The notes beneath the pieces were generated by a model that saw only the letters and a list, made by a program, of their open reading frames with translations, was not told the DNA's origin and did no database searches. DNA of 64,000 nucleotides from a virus (Duplodnaviria; Caudoviricetes): IMG/VR virus record IMGVR_UViG_3300044712_000179, positions 1,024-65,023 of that record. The stretch is one strand, 5' to 3'. This document shows positions 9,002 to 18,022 of this stretch, piece by piece (positions within the stretch are counted from its first letter, which is position 1; the number at the start of each line of letters is the position of its first letter). Both the position numbers and the translations under genes were made by a program.

Positions 9002-9199
9002 ATGAAAAACATCATCAAATCATTGGCAGGCGGATTTCTAACATTCGCATTAATTTATTTAATATCCTGCTTTGTTGCGGCTGACTTTAATATTACTCAT
9101 TGGACACCGGCAGGAAGGTTTTTCTGTGGTCTTATGGGAGGAGTAACATCACTAACAATTACAGCTGTATCATTAAGCTTCTATGAAGAAAATAAATAA
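9002..9199 (+). CDS. Small membrane protein
   Basis: Two hydrophobic segments. Confidence 0.65.
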   Translation: MKNIIKSLAGGFLTFALIYLISCFVAADFNITHWTPAGRFFCGLMGGVTSLTITAVSLSFYEENK

Positions 9200-9202
9200 G
9201 TT

Positions 9203-9466
9203 ATGCAAAGTAAAAAATTAAATATAGACACCTCAAAATACAGGATAAAGGTAGTCAAAAGAGTAGCGGCAAGCGGAAGCGCTTACGAGAAATATATACC
9301 ACAGTATAATCGAACATTTCTTTTTGGATTCTTTTCCGAATGGATAGACTTAGGCTATATAGCAGAGAAATATGACATAGACAGCGCAATGAAGGTCATC
9401 GAAGAACATAAGTTATACGAGTTAAAGAGGATTAAAAAAATAGAGACAAGTTACATTTATTTATAA
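9203..9466 (+). CDS. Hypothetical protein
   Basis: ORF in cassette region. Confidence 0.7.
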   Translation: MQSKKLNIDTSKYRIKVVKRVAASGSAYEKYIPQYNRTFLFGFFSEWIDLGYIAEKYDIDSAMKVIEEHKLYELKRIKKIETSYIYL

Positions 9467-9476
9467 AAACAAACAT

Positions 9477-9635
9477 ATGAAAAAATTTATATACTCTTAC
9501 CTATGGATATTCTGGTTAAATGCTTCAATGGCATTAGCGGGAATTACAATAAATAATAAATGGTATTGGATAATGACCATACCAACTATATTCTTTGTTG
9601 AATTAAAAATGCTAACTAAAAATGATAAGCTATGA
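9477..9635 (+). CDS. Small membrane protein (not in ORF track)
   Basis: MKKFIYSYLWIFWL...; ATGA overlap with next ORF. Confidence 0.55.
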   Translation: MKKFIYSYLWIFWLNASMALAGITINNKWYWIMTIPTIFFVELKMLTKNDKL

Positions 9636-9841
9636 AACGACCACCAAAAGACACCATCTCCAAGAATATAATGCTGTTTCTAGGTCATCAAGACGAGGCT
9701 ACCCTCACAGAGATATCCAATCAGATAGACCTCCAAGAGGAGCTAACTAAACAGCTATTAGCTAACCTAATAGATAAAGGGTATGTAGGTATCAATAATG
9801 GTAAATACTACCCTAATTTTTTATATAACCAAAACAAATAA
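9632..9841 (+). CDS. Winged-HTH-like protein
   Basis: TLTEIS..L..L.DKGYV..NGKY pattern. Confidence 0.6.
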   Translation: MKRPPKDTISKNIMLFLGHQDEATLTEISNQIDLQEELTKQLLANLIDKGYVGINNGKYYPNFLYNQNK

Positions 9842-9843
9842 CT

Positions 9844-10038
9844 ATGGGATGGAAATCTACAGTTGACATTACAAGAGAGCAAGCAATAGCACTCGCTATT
9901 AAGGAATTATCCAATAAGATAACTAAGTTGTACTATATGTCAGATACAGAGCTTGAAGACTTATTGGAAGAAATAGGCTACGGAGATACTCAAGGTATGG
10001 AATACTTTGGGCATAATTTCAATATAATACACTTATAA
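9844..10038 (+). CDS. Hypothetical protein
   Basis: ORF in cassette region. Confidence 0.65.
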   Translation: MGWKSTVDITREQAIALAIKELSNKITKLYYMSDTELEDLLEEIGYGDTQGMEYFGHNFNIIHL

Positions 10039-10054
10039 CTAAATTAAATAACCT

Positions 10055-10414
10055 ATGAACAAAGAATTTATCCCTTATGAACAAGCATTAGAACTTAAAG
10101 AATTAGGTTTTAATGGAGCTGAATGTCTTGCAGTTTATAATATTAATAAAGAATTAGAAACAGGACTATTTCATAGTAATTATGACATTGATGCACCAAC
10201 ATACTCTCAAGCATTTAGATTTTTTAGAGAGAACTACCTTTTATTAACATCAATATTTATGTATCGTGATATGAATGGGTATATTTTTAATATTAATCAA
10301 ATTTGCCCTGATGGACTTTTTGTAAAGTTTAAGCATTTGGAACTAGAAGATACCTACGAAGAAGCAGAACTTGCTTGTATCATCAAGTTAATAGAAATAG
10401 CTAAAAATAAATAA
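10055..10414 (+). CDS. Phage protein (EFIPYEQALELKELGF family)
   Basis: N-terminus typical of Bacteroidota phage proteins; APTYSQAFR, TYEEAE. Confidence 0.75.
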   Translation: MNKEFIPYEQALELKELGFNGAECLAVYNINKELETGLFHSNYDIDAPTYSQAFRFFRENYLLLTSIFMYRDMNGYIFNINQICPDGLFVKFKHLELEDTYEEAELACIIKLIEIAKNK

Positions 10415-10415
10415 T

Positions 10416-10568
10416 ATGGAAGTAAGTTTTGATGCATTTATGGAACACGAAAGGGATAATGAAAGAGAAATTGATGATTTAAAATATAGGGCAAAGCAGT
10501 TAGAAGAGCAAGTAAAACAGTTAGAAGAACAAATAGAAAAATTAATTGAAATAGCAAAAAACAAATAA
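10416..10568 (+). CDS. 50-aa coiled-coil protein (not in ORF track)
   Basis: MEVSFDAF...KLIEIAKNK, same C-terminus as preceding gene. Confidence 0.65.
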   Translation: MEVSFDAFMEHERDNEREIDDLKYRAKQLEEQVKQLEEQIEKLIEIAKNK

Positions 10569-10570
10569 TT

Positions 10571-10774
10571 ATGAACATCATTGGAGAAAACATACAGCTA
10601 CACATCACTAGCCCATTCTATGGGGAAGATGACCAAAGTATCCTTATTGGCTTAAATATGATGGAGGGAGAATACGCCTGTGGATGCCCCCTATTAGCCA
10701 TTCAGATAGGCATTGGATTGATAACTATCACCATAACCATAGGAAATAACAATGAACATCACGCAACTACCTAA
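10571..10774 (+). CDS. Hypothetical protein
   Basis: ORF in operon. Confidence 0.55.
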   Translation: MNIIGENIQLHITSPFYGEDDQSILIGLNMMEGEYACGCPLLAIQIGIGLITITITIGNNNEHHATT

Positions 10775-11165
10775 CCTTCGAGAGGAAGAGCTGTTTCAAC
10801 AAATAAAGGATAATCTTATACCAGACTTGGTATCTATATCAGAATACTCATTTAATGACTCATACAGCCCTTTCCTTGACCTATATATAGAATTGAAGTG
10901 TAGGAGAACGCATTACGACAATATCCTCGTAGAACGCCTTAAATGGGATTCTTTGAGGAAGCTGTCTAATGTAAGGTACATTAACTCTACCCCAAAGGGG
11001 GTATACAGCTTTGATATAGGGCTCATAGAAGAACCTGAATGGAAGGATTGGAGATTGCCTAACACTACGGAATTTCAAGATAACAGCACCATCGTAAAGA
11101 GGATAGGGCTGTTGCCCATATCTTCCGCTAGGGATATCACAAGCATTCTAAATATAGAATCCTAA
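10752..11165 (+). CDS. PD-(D/E)xK-like nuclease-fold protein
   Basis: D...IELKCR motif. Confidence 0.55.
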   Translation: MNITQLPNLREEELFQQIKDNLIPDLVSISEYSFNDSYSPFLDLYIELKCRRTHYDNILVERLKWDSLRKLSNVRYINSTPKGVYSFDIGLIEEPEWKDWRLPNTTEFQDNSTIVKRIGLLPISSARDITSILNIES

Positions 11166-11172
11166 AAATAAA

Positions 11173-11203
11173 TTTGGAGGATATAATATTGTTTGTATCT
11201 TTG
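11173..11203 (+). promoter_or_regulatory. Bacteroidota primary-sigma promoter
   Basis: TTTG (11173) - 19 nt - TATCTTTG (11196). Confidence 0.8.
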
Positions 11204-11209
11204 TCTTAC

Positions 11210-11575
11210 AAATCCGATAAGGTAGGGGATGACTTTATCGGGTATGTTTCAAGAACTAACCCTTCTTAAGATATGCCCATTAGAATCCCCTCTAGTGGGC
11301 TTTTTTATTATCGGTAATGAAGAGAATTGGCGTTCCCCTCTCACAGTTCCGATACAAGGAAAGCAGTAGTAGTGCCTGCAAAGATTACACTTACTACGAA
11401 AACTCTTTTAAATGTATAGTATTCTTCTAGACTTGCGTAACTATACAGCCTCACTTCACTGAACTCATTGACTCATCGGTATGAATGGTAAGAATGTAAG
11501 TCATATCTCCTTTAGGGGGTAGGGGGTATGACTTCGTTTTACTTACCTTCTTTCAGAATCTATAAATCTATCGGT
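11210..11575 (+). ncRNA. Structured leader/small RNA with loop-loop complementarity and internal terminator
   Basis: Hairpin 11214-11241 (loop AGGGGATG), terminator 11275-11306 (loop ATCCCC), further stems to about 11550. Confidence 0.55.
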
Positions 11576-11607
11576 ATAAATTTATATAAACACCAAACAA
11601 AATATAT

Positions 11608-11778
11608 ATGGACATTAACAAAAGAGAGCTCTATAAGCTGTATATGCAGTGGGTAGATAGAGTATCAGAGGAACATCAGTGGAAGACACACTTCCACCCA
11701 AGAGAAATAGTAAACGCTATATGCGATATCCTAAAACAACACCCCGAATTAATTAACAGCAAAACAAACGAACTATGA
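11608..11778 (+). CDS. Hypothetical 56-aa protein (not in ORF track)
   Basis: MDINKRELYKLYMQWVD...; ATGA overlap with next ORF. Confidence 0.65.
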   Translation: MDINKRELYKLYMQWVDRVSEEHQWKTHFHPREIVNAICDILKQHPELINSKTNEL

Positions 11779-12008
11779 CACCGAAAGACAAGGCTCTTGA
11801 ATTAGTGGATAAGTATATGAGTGTAGAACAGACTAAGCTATCTGACTACTCTACAATATACCAACCTAAAGCTAAACAGTGCGCGATAATAGCAGTAGAT
11901 GAGGTTTTAATGGCTTTACAACAAGGTTATCCTACTGAATTAGTACTGATGCCTATTGAATTAATAGAGTACTGGCAACAAACCAAAACAGAAATAGAAA
12001 ACTTATGA
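11775..12008 (+). CDS. Phage protein (TPKD..AKQCAIIAVDE family)
   Basis: Paralog of 8753..8983. Confidence 0.8.
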   Translation: MTPKDKALELVDKYMSVEQTKLSDYSTIYQPKAKQCAIIAVDEVLMALQQGYPTELVLMPIELIEYWQQTKTEIENL

Positions 12009-12132
12009 AAATAACCACATTCAAAAACAGATTCTTCTTTGCTGTTTTACCTTGCATCCTAGTCTATAAAGGAGGATGGTTGATTGAGGTATCTTGGCTT
12101 AGATATAGTATTAATATTAAATTTATAAACAT

Positions 12133-12351
12133 ATGATAGGAACAGCTATTCTTATATTAATTGTAAATGCATTGGTTGCATTAGCAGTAAGGTCATTGAT
12201 ATATGACTCATCTATCGAGTGGATTAATTCAAAAGAACTTAGGATTCTTATGTTGATTCCTCCATTTGGTATTTTATCATTTATCATTATGGTTATTGCG
12301 GTAATTGTATGCCTCTTCATTATTAAAATGGGAGAATATTTTAATGATTAA
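12133..12351 (+). CDS. Small membrane protein
   Basis: Two hydrophobic segments. Confidence 0.65.
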   Translation: MIGTAILILIVNALVALAVRSLIYDSSIEWINSKELRILMLIPPFGILSFIIMVIAVIVCLFIIKMGEYFND

Positions 12352-12363
12352 AAACAAATAACT

Positions 12364-12870
12364 ATGAAAACAGCAGATTTTATTGGAACTATGGGATTTT
12401 TTAGTTGTGCCTTCAGAATGTTTTATGGATATAGGGTATATCCTACTGGGAGAATATTAAGTGCAAAAAGTAAAAGATTCTTAAAAGAAAGCACAAATGG
12501 AGTATATAAAAAATATAATTTATGTATTAATGGTAAAAAATTTAATGTAAATACACATAGATTATTAGCTGAATTATATATACCTAATCCAGAAAATAAA
12601 GAACAAGTAAATCATATTGATGGTAATAAACATAATAATTTATTAGAAAACTTAGAATGGGTCACTCGTTCCGAAAATAGTAAACACAGTTTTAAAAATG
12701 GGTTGCAAAAAGTAACAAAACCAAATAAAAAAGTAATTGATTTAGATGGGACTATTTATGAATCTGCAAAAGAAGCTGCAATTAAACTTGGTTACAATCA
12801 TAAGACTTTGTGTAATATGCTTAATCCTAAATTTAATCACACAAATAAAACAAATTTACGTTATGTCTAA
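12364..12870 (+). CDS. HNH homing endonuclease
   Basis: HRLLAE, VNHIDGNKHNN, NLEWVT..EN..H, C-terminal YESAKEAA NUMOD1-like motif; AT-rich. Confidence 0.92.
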   Translation: MKTADFIGTMGFFSCAFRMFYGYRVYPTGRILSAKSKRFLKESTNGVYKKYNLCINGKKFNVNTHRLLAELYIPNPENKEQVNHIDGNKHNNLLENLEWVTRSENSKHSFKNGLQKVTKPNKKVIDLDGTIYESAKEAAIKLGYNHKTLCNMLNPKFNHTNKTNLRYV

Positions 12871-13111
12871 AACAGCAATGCAGGAATTAATTGATGCTTA
12901 TTATTCAATAAAACATTTTACTGATTTTGATACTTGGATAGCAAATAATGAAAAAATGTTACTTGAAAAAGAAAAAGAGCAGATAATAAAAAGTTGGGAA
13001 AAAGGATATTCAACAGGATGTGTCGTTGGTTCAAATGATTATACAAATGAAGATGAAGAAAAAGATAATGGAAATTATTACTACAACCAAAAATATAACC
13101 AAAACAAATAA
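12863..13111 (+). CDS. Phage protein (KTAMQEL..EKEKEQI family)
   Basis: Start reassigned to ATG 12863; related to 13339..13551. Confidence 0.75.
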   Translation: MSKTAMQELIDAYYSIKHFTDFDTWIANNEKMLLEKEKEQIIKSWEKGYSTGCVVGSNDYTNEDEEKDNGNYYYNQKYNQNK

Positions 13112-13114
13112 CCT

Positions 13115-13324
13115 ATGAAACTAAGTTATGAATGGCAGAAATATAATGGTGATTACCAAAAGAAAATACAAGACATTAAGCTAAAGAATGGAGATATAGT
13201 ACCATTCTGTTGGCCAAATGCTGGGAAGTGGAACTGTATGGATGAGAAAAGCCCTTACTATGGTAAGGATATACATCATCTATCTGCTGAATTGGTTAGA
13301 TTAAATAAAGACTGGGATAAATAA
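13115..13324 (+). CDS. Hypothetical protein
   Basis: ORF in cassette region. Confidence 0.65.
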   Translation: MKLSYEWQKYNGDYQKKIQDIKLKNGDIVPFCWPNAGKWNCMDEKSPYYGKDIHHLSAELVRLNKDWDK

Positions 13325-13338
13325 AAACAAATAAACAT

Positions 13339-13551
13339 ATGAACACACAGCAACAAACAGCAATGGAGGAGCTATTACATTGGGTAAGAAAGACACTCCC
13401 AATGGATTTAGATTGGCCTCGTATGATTGAATCTAAGATAGAATCTCTCATACAAAAAGAACAGATACAGCGCATTAAAGATTTCCAATCAGGAATGCAG
13501 GCTGAATTTAACACATTATATGAACACTCAAAACCAAAGGAAGATTCGTGA
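13339..13551 (+). CDS. Phage protein (QTAMEEL family)
   Basis: N-terminal similarity to 12863..13111. Confidence 0.7.
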   Translation: MNTQQQTAMEELLHWVRKTLPMDLDWPRMIESKIESLIQKEQIQRIKDFQSGMQAEFNTLYEHSKPKEDS

Positions 13552-13832
13552 ACACATATCCGCACTTTAGGGATAGGCTGTTAGAGAGATATGGGTTAGA
13601 TATTACGGAGGAAGAGTATTTTGAATTATGCAATCAAGAGCACAGTATCGTTAATCGTAAATATGGACAATACAGAGTTATTGTAAGATTCAAAGGAGAA
13701 ACCATATATGCGCTACTTGGAGGCAGTAATATAAAACCCAGACTAACAACAGCCCTTCCTATAGAAAAATTACACAACCATTTAAACCAACACCTATTTA
13801 AAAATGATAATCAACAACAACACAAAGTATGA
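13548..13832 (+). CDS. Hypothetical protein
   Basis: GTGA overlap; HFRDRLLER motif. Confidence 0.65.
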   Translation: MNTYPHFRDRLLERYGLDITEEEYFELCNQEHSIVNRKYGQYRVIVRFKGETIYALLGGSNIKPRLTTALPIEKLHNHLNQHLFKNDNQQQHKV

Positions 13833-14136
13833 TATCGTTCTAGTTAGATTTAAAGATCGCTTAGTCAAGAGGGCTAGGTCTGTTAAGTTTATAGAATGGG
13901 ATAGCGATGAGGTAGGAGCTAAGATGGTAGAATACCACGACACTATTCCACCTTTGGAAGATACGCCATTTAGCGTTATTCTAGACCCAAGCGTAGCTGG
14001 ATACAGCTGGTTGACTACTCCTGTTCAAGAATACCATATAGAGTATATGGATTATGGAGAATTTGAAATGGAGTTCAAGACCAAGAACAGCTTCTATGTA
14101 TTAACTAAAAAATTAAAATATCCACCCAATGATTAA
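13804..14136 (+). CDS. Hypothetical protein
   Basis: WLTTPV..FKTKNSFY pattern. Confidence 0.7.
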   Translation: MIINNNTKYDIVLVRFKDRLVKRARSVKFIEWDSDEVGAKMVEYHDTIPPLEDTPFSVILDPSVAGYSWLTTPVQEYHIEYMDYGEFEMEFKTKNSFYVLTKKLKYPPND

Positions 14137-14235
14137 AGGCGCACTGTTTCTATTATCACCATTATTACTTATCCTAGGATACTGCACATACAGCATTATG
14201 ACGGATAAAAATCTTAAAAAATAAGTCTAAAAATA

Positions 14236-14267
14236 TTTGGACTATATTCTAACTCTTTGTAATTTTA
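14236..14267 (+). promoter_or_regulatory. Bacteroidota-type promoter
   Basis: TTTG - 20 nt - TAATTTTA. Confidence 0.65.
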
Positions 14268-14290
14268 CAAACAAATAAAATAAAACACAA

Positions 14291-14608
14291 ATGGAAAACA
14301 CAAAACCAACCAGCGACACACAAGCTCAAAAAGTATTACTTCACATCGAAGCTAGCCGAGAAGAAGGCGCAGAACAAACAGCTTTAAGAATCCAATTGGA
14401 AACAGAATGTTCTGGAAATTTCTTAGCAAACATATTCCATCAGTTATTTAAACAAGACGAGACATTGAAAGAAATCGTTTACACTGTTGTAATGAAAGAT
14501 ATGATGTCAGGATTAACTGAAGGACTTATTGAAGAAATGTTAGCTGATAAACACGCTTCTAAAGGTAAAGAAGCTGATATTTTTAACAATGTAAAAGCAC
14601 AAGCATAA
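14291..14608 (+). CDS. Hypothetical protein
   Basis: ORF with A-rich start after promoter. Confidence 0.75.
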   Translation: MENTKPTSDTQAQKVLLHIEASREEGAEQTALRIQLETECSGNFLANIFHQLFKQDETLKEIVYTVVMKDMMSGLTEGLIEEMLADKHASKGKEADIFNNVKAQA

Positions 14609-14609
14609 T

Positions 14610-15164
14610 ATGAAAAACTTACTCAAATCACTCGCTGCGTTCAATGCAGAATGTCCTGCTGTTTCAAAGTCAGCAGACAATCCGTTCTTTAAATCTAAGT
14701 ACGCTACCTTAGATGCGATACAGAATCACATCAAGCCTCATTTGGCTAAGAATGGTTTAGTAATTGTACAGGCTAATGAGATGTATGATGGCGGTATGCC
14801 AATCGTTAAGACAACCTTATTCCACGTGGAGTCTGGAGAATCTATCTCATCTGTATTCCCAGTAGTAGTTAATAAACAAACAGCTCAAGATTACGGTAGT
14901 GCTGTATCTTATGCAAAGCGTTATAGCTTATCTGGCTTATTGAACTTAATTATTGAAGATGAAGATGATGACGGCAACAAAGCATCAGGCAACACTACAG
15001 CTTCAAAAACAGCTCCTGATCCAGCTAAACCTTGGTTAGATAATAAGAACCCTAATTGGGCTGTTATCGTACAAGCATTGAAAGATGGTCAAACAAATAT
15101 GACTAGACTTAGAGATAAGTATAAAATATCAAAGGCTGTTGAGGCTGAATTAACAGCTCAATAA
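14610..15164 (+). CDS. erf: ERF-family single-strand annealing recombinase
   Basis: NPFFKSKYATL and QDYGSAVSYAKRYSL..EDDDG signature. Confidence 0.92.
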   Translation: MKNLLKSLAAFNAECPAVSKSADNPFFKSKYATLDAIQNHIKPHLAKNGLVIVQANEMYDGGMPIVKTTLFHVESGESISSVFPVVVNKQTAQDYGSAVSYAKRYSLSGLLNLIIEDEDDDGNKASGNTTASKTAPDPAKPWLDNKNPNWAVIVQALKDGQTNMTRLRDKYKISKAVEAELTAQ

Positions 15165-15293
15165 ACCCAACCAACATATTGCCCTTCTTCTAGACTGAAC
15201 CAATAAATCATATAATTTTAACAGGGGTGTTTTAGTTATGTCAAAAAGGTCTAGCGGAGGGGCATATTTTTTTTATTCAATCAAAATATATTT

Positions 15294-16024
15294 ATGAACA
15301 ATTTAAACAACGAAGTCCGAGATAATGGTGGAATGAGAATTCTCCATATCTCGGACACTTGACGCACGGATGTCACAACCAATTTCCAAAAGAAGTATTT
15401 GAAGGTATAGATATGGTTATTCATAGTGGAGACTGTTCTAACAGCGGATACTTACAGCATTCTATATTAGAAATAACCAACTTCTTAAATTGGTATGAAA
15501 TGATACCTGTTAGGTATAAGCTGCTAATCGGAGGAAATCACGACACAGCTATAGCTAGAAGAGCTATTAACAAAGAAGATATGGCTATGCGTGGTATTCA
15601 ATATCTAGAAAACGAATCTGTTGAAATAGAAGGAATTAAGATATGGGGCTCTCCCATTACGCCTACATTCGGAGACTGGTCTTTTATGAAAGCTAGAGAC
15701 AAGACACACGAAGTATGGAAAGAAATACCTGATGATACAGATATACTTGTAGTACACGGCCCACCAAAGAATATCAGAGACTTAACATTAAATAGGTCTA
15801 ATCAATTAGAAAGATGTGGAGACCTAGCTTTATTCAATAGAGTTAAATCAGTACAGCCTAAAATAATGATGTTTGGACATATCCATAACTTCAAAGACAT
15901 ACAGAATCAAGGCGTAAGCACCTACCACGAAATGGGTAGAACGCAGTTCTCTAATGCATCTTGCGTAGAGGATGGAAGATTCGATAAGGGTTTAACATCT
16001 TTTGGAAATAGATTTACAATTTAA
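15294..16024 (+). pseudogene. Calcineurin-like metallophosphoesterase with 5-nt disruption in motif I (pseudogene, recoded gene or sequence error)
   Basis: MRILHISDT then TGA at 15360; THG..HSGD, GGNHD, HGPP, FGHIH continue in another frame. Confidence 0.75.
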
Positions 16025-16035
16025 AAAAACACAAT

Positions 16036-16797
16036 ATGATTACACTTGAAAAATTAAACGAAAGACCATTGAGCTACAGCTCATTGAAGGAATTTTCAAA
16101 ATCACCTCGTCACTATATCGAGTATCTTAGAAAAGAATTCAAACCTACCCCAGCAATGGCGTTAGGTAGCCTAGTTCACTGTCTTTTATTGCAGCCTAAT
16201 GAATTAGGCAAACAGTTCTTTGTTATGCCTAATATAGACAAGAGAACGAAAGAAGGTAAGGCTAAATACGAAGAAGCTGTTGAAGCGTCTAAAGGCAAAC
16301 AGATTGTTACAGAGTCTGATTATGAAGATGCGAACAACTTGGTGAATAAGGTGCTGTCTGAAAGTCATATCGCAAACGCAATACAACAGTGCTTTAGATT
16401 TGAGCACGAATGGAAGCAAGAGATTTATGGTTTACCATTCAGAGGATTCTTTGATGGGGAGGCAGAAGATTATATCCTAGAGGTAAAGACTGCTAGCGAT
16501 GCTAATCCTAAAACTATCATCAATGATTTCTTTAATCGATCTTACCACATTCAAGGCGGTTTATATTCGATGGTTTCCAACAAGCCTGTTAAATACCTTA
16601 TCATAGAAACAACAGCTCCATACAATGTAGTATTGGCTGATGCAACAGAAGATTATATTCAATACGGAATTAAAGAAGTAGAGAGGCTGTCAGCTAGTTT
16701 CTTAGAGTGTATGAATAATCATATGTTCAATATGGGATACGATTATTTTACAGAAGGTAATATGGAAATAGGATTACCTAGTTGGTTAAAAAGATAA
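16036..16797 (+). CDS. PD-(D/E)xK exonuclease (DUF3799/RecE-like)
   Basis: LSYSSLK, SPRHY, TPAMALGSLVH, FD..EVKT, YHIQ..Y; near ERF. Confidence 0.85.
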   Translation: MITLEKLNERPLSYSSLKEFSKSPRHYIEYLRKEFKPTPAMALGSLVHCLLLQPNELGKQFFVMPNIDKRTKEGKAKYEEAVEASKGKQIVTESDYEDANNLVNKVLSESHIANAIQQCFRFEHEWKQEIYGLPFRGFFDGEAEDYILEVKTASDANPKTIINDFFNRSYHIQGGLYSMVSNKPVKYLIIETTAPYNVVLADATEDYIQYGIKEVERLSASFLECMNNHMFNMGYDYFTEGNMEIGLPSWLKR

Positions 16798-16798
16798 A

Positions 16799-16831
16799 TT
16801 TGGTAGTTTCACAAAATATTTTGTATATTCG
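16799..16831 (+). promoter_or_regulatory. Bacteroidota-type promoter
   Basis: TTTG - 21 nt - TATATTCG. Confidence 0.55.
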
Positions 16832-16905
16832 CAAGACAAGTTTTTCATTTTTGTGTGATTCAGGGGAGGCATAGCATAGAGTGCCTCCCTAATTTAAAAA
16901 AGATT

Positions 16906-17283
16906 ATGTCAAGATTTGACCAAATAAGAATAGACGCTAAGTTACTACCTACTTCAAACGCTCAGGAGTTAGAAGATTTGACTGACTTAGATTTTCAGAC
17001 AAAGGACTTAGATAGAGAATACCTAGACTACCACGTAGGAGAAGATGGGTATTTATACTTCGAAGACTTTGAATATGAAATATCACACATAGATAATCCG
17101 AAAGGCTTGTTTAATATAGAATTGACAAAGACCAACCAAACCATAAAGAAAAGCTACTTCACTGGAAAAGTTAGATTTTACGGAAAGCCATACGAGGTTT
17201 TCTATGTATTCGAAGCTGACTTCCACGACGGTAAGCTAGAACAAGTAAGCCTGATTTCCAAGAGTCAGGGCTTTAACCAATAA
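16906..17283 (+). CDS. Hypothetical protein
   Basis: MSRFDQI..FQTKDL; start reassigned to ATG 16906. Confidence 0.7.
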   Translation: MSRFDQIRIDAKLLPTSNAQELEDLTDLDFQTKDLDREYLDYHVGEDGYLYFEDFEYEISHIDNPKGLFNIELTKTNQTIKKSYFTGKVRFYGKPYEVFYVFEADFHDGKLEQVSLISKSQGFNQ

Positions 17284-17288
17284 ACCAT

Positions 17289-17564
17289 ATGACCAAAACA
17301 GCAACTAGAATCACGAGAGATAGAATGATTGAGGAGTATCCTAATCTTGCTAAAATCTTGGATAGAATCTACGAGAAAGACAGAAAGCAACACTATTGGT
17401 TTTTCGTAAACTATAGTGGAAAGTATAAGGATAAAGACGGCAACCCAAGGGCTGTTTCTTTAGGCTCTATTATTGAGCTGTTGCAAGAATACGGCTATGA
17501 TGTTTCTATTAGCGCAAGAAGGTCAGATGTTAATAAAAAACTTTGGGAGAAGTTATACAAATAA
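17289..17564 (+). CDS. Hypothetical protein
   Basis: ORF in operon. Confidence 0.7.
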   Translation: MTKTATRITRDRMIEEYPNLAKILDRIYEKDRKQHYWFFVNYSGKYKDKDGNPRAVSLGSIIELLQEYGYDVSISARRSDVNKKLWEKLYK

Positions 17565-17589
17565 GTAATTTTACAAAAAAAAGAATAAA

Positions 17590-17955
17590 ATGGCATTAGC
17601 AACTAGAACACCGCAACAATCATTGATTGAAGCGTTTTACGAATTAGAAATCGTATCTCATTTGGCTCACGTAAATACTCGTTCCTTTTCAGAACATAAA
17701 GCGTTTGGAGAATTCTACGACAGCGTAGGAGATTTCAAAGACAGATTAGTTGAGTATTTAATGGGAGAGGGTAAGTTAACTAAGTTAACCATTGCAGTAT
17801 TAGACCCAGCAGGAAGCACAGTAGCGTTAGCTGATTCATTAGCTACTAAGTTCTGTGACTTTGCTGAAAACGCAGAAGATGAAGCATTATGCAATATGGC
17901 GGGTGAGTTTGAAGAAGTTGTAGCTCACTTGAAGTACTTGTTAATGTTAAAATAG
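17590..17955 (+). CDS. Ferritin/Dps-like four-helix protein (DUF5856-like)
   Basis: HLAH.NT.SFSEHKAFGEFYD..D..VE pattern; own promoter at 17542-17573. Confidence 0.75.
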   Translation: MALATRTPQQSLIEAFYELEIVSHLAHVNTRSFSEHKAFGEFYDSVGDFKDRLVEYLMGEGKLTKLTIAVLDPAGSTVALADSLATKFCDFAENAEDEALCNMAGEFEEVVAHLKYLLMLK

Positions 17956-17991
17956 TTTTATACTAGGACATACACTTTCAAAGACAACAAT

Positions 17992-18022
17992 CCCCCTTTG
18001 GTTTCTACCAGAGGGGCTTTTT
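17992..18022 (+). terminator. Rho-independent terminator
   Basis: cccctttgg..ccagagggg stem plus T run. Confidence 0.65.

Noticed and set aside
8990-13340. CRISPR-like array from recurring aaaacaaataa motifs
   Set aside because: Repeats are degenerate, irregularly spaced and separated by whole genes; no cas genes
15357-15363. prfB-type +1 frameshift at ACT-TGA-C
   Set aside because: The +1 frame closes within about 15 codons; the conserved protein continues in the -1/+2 frame
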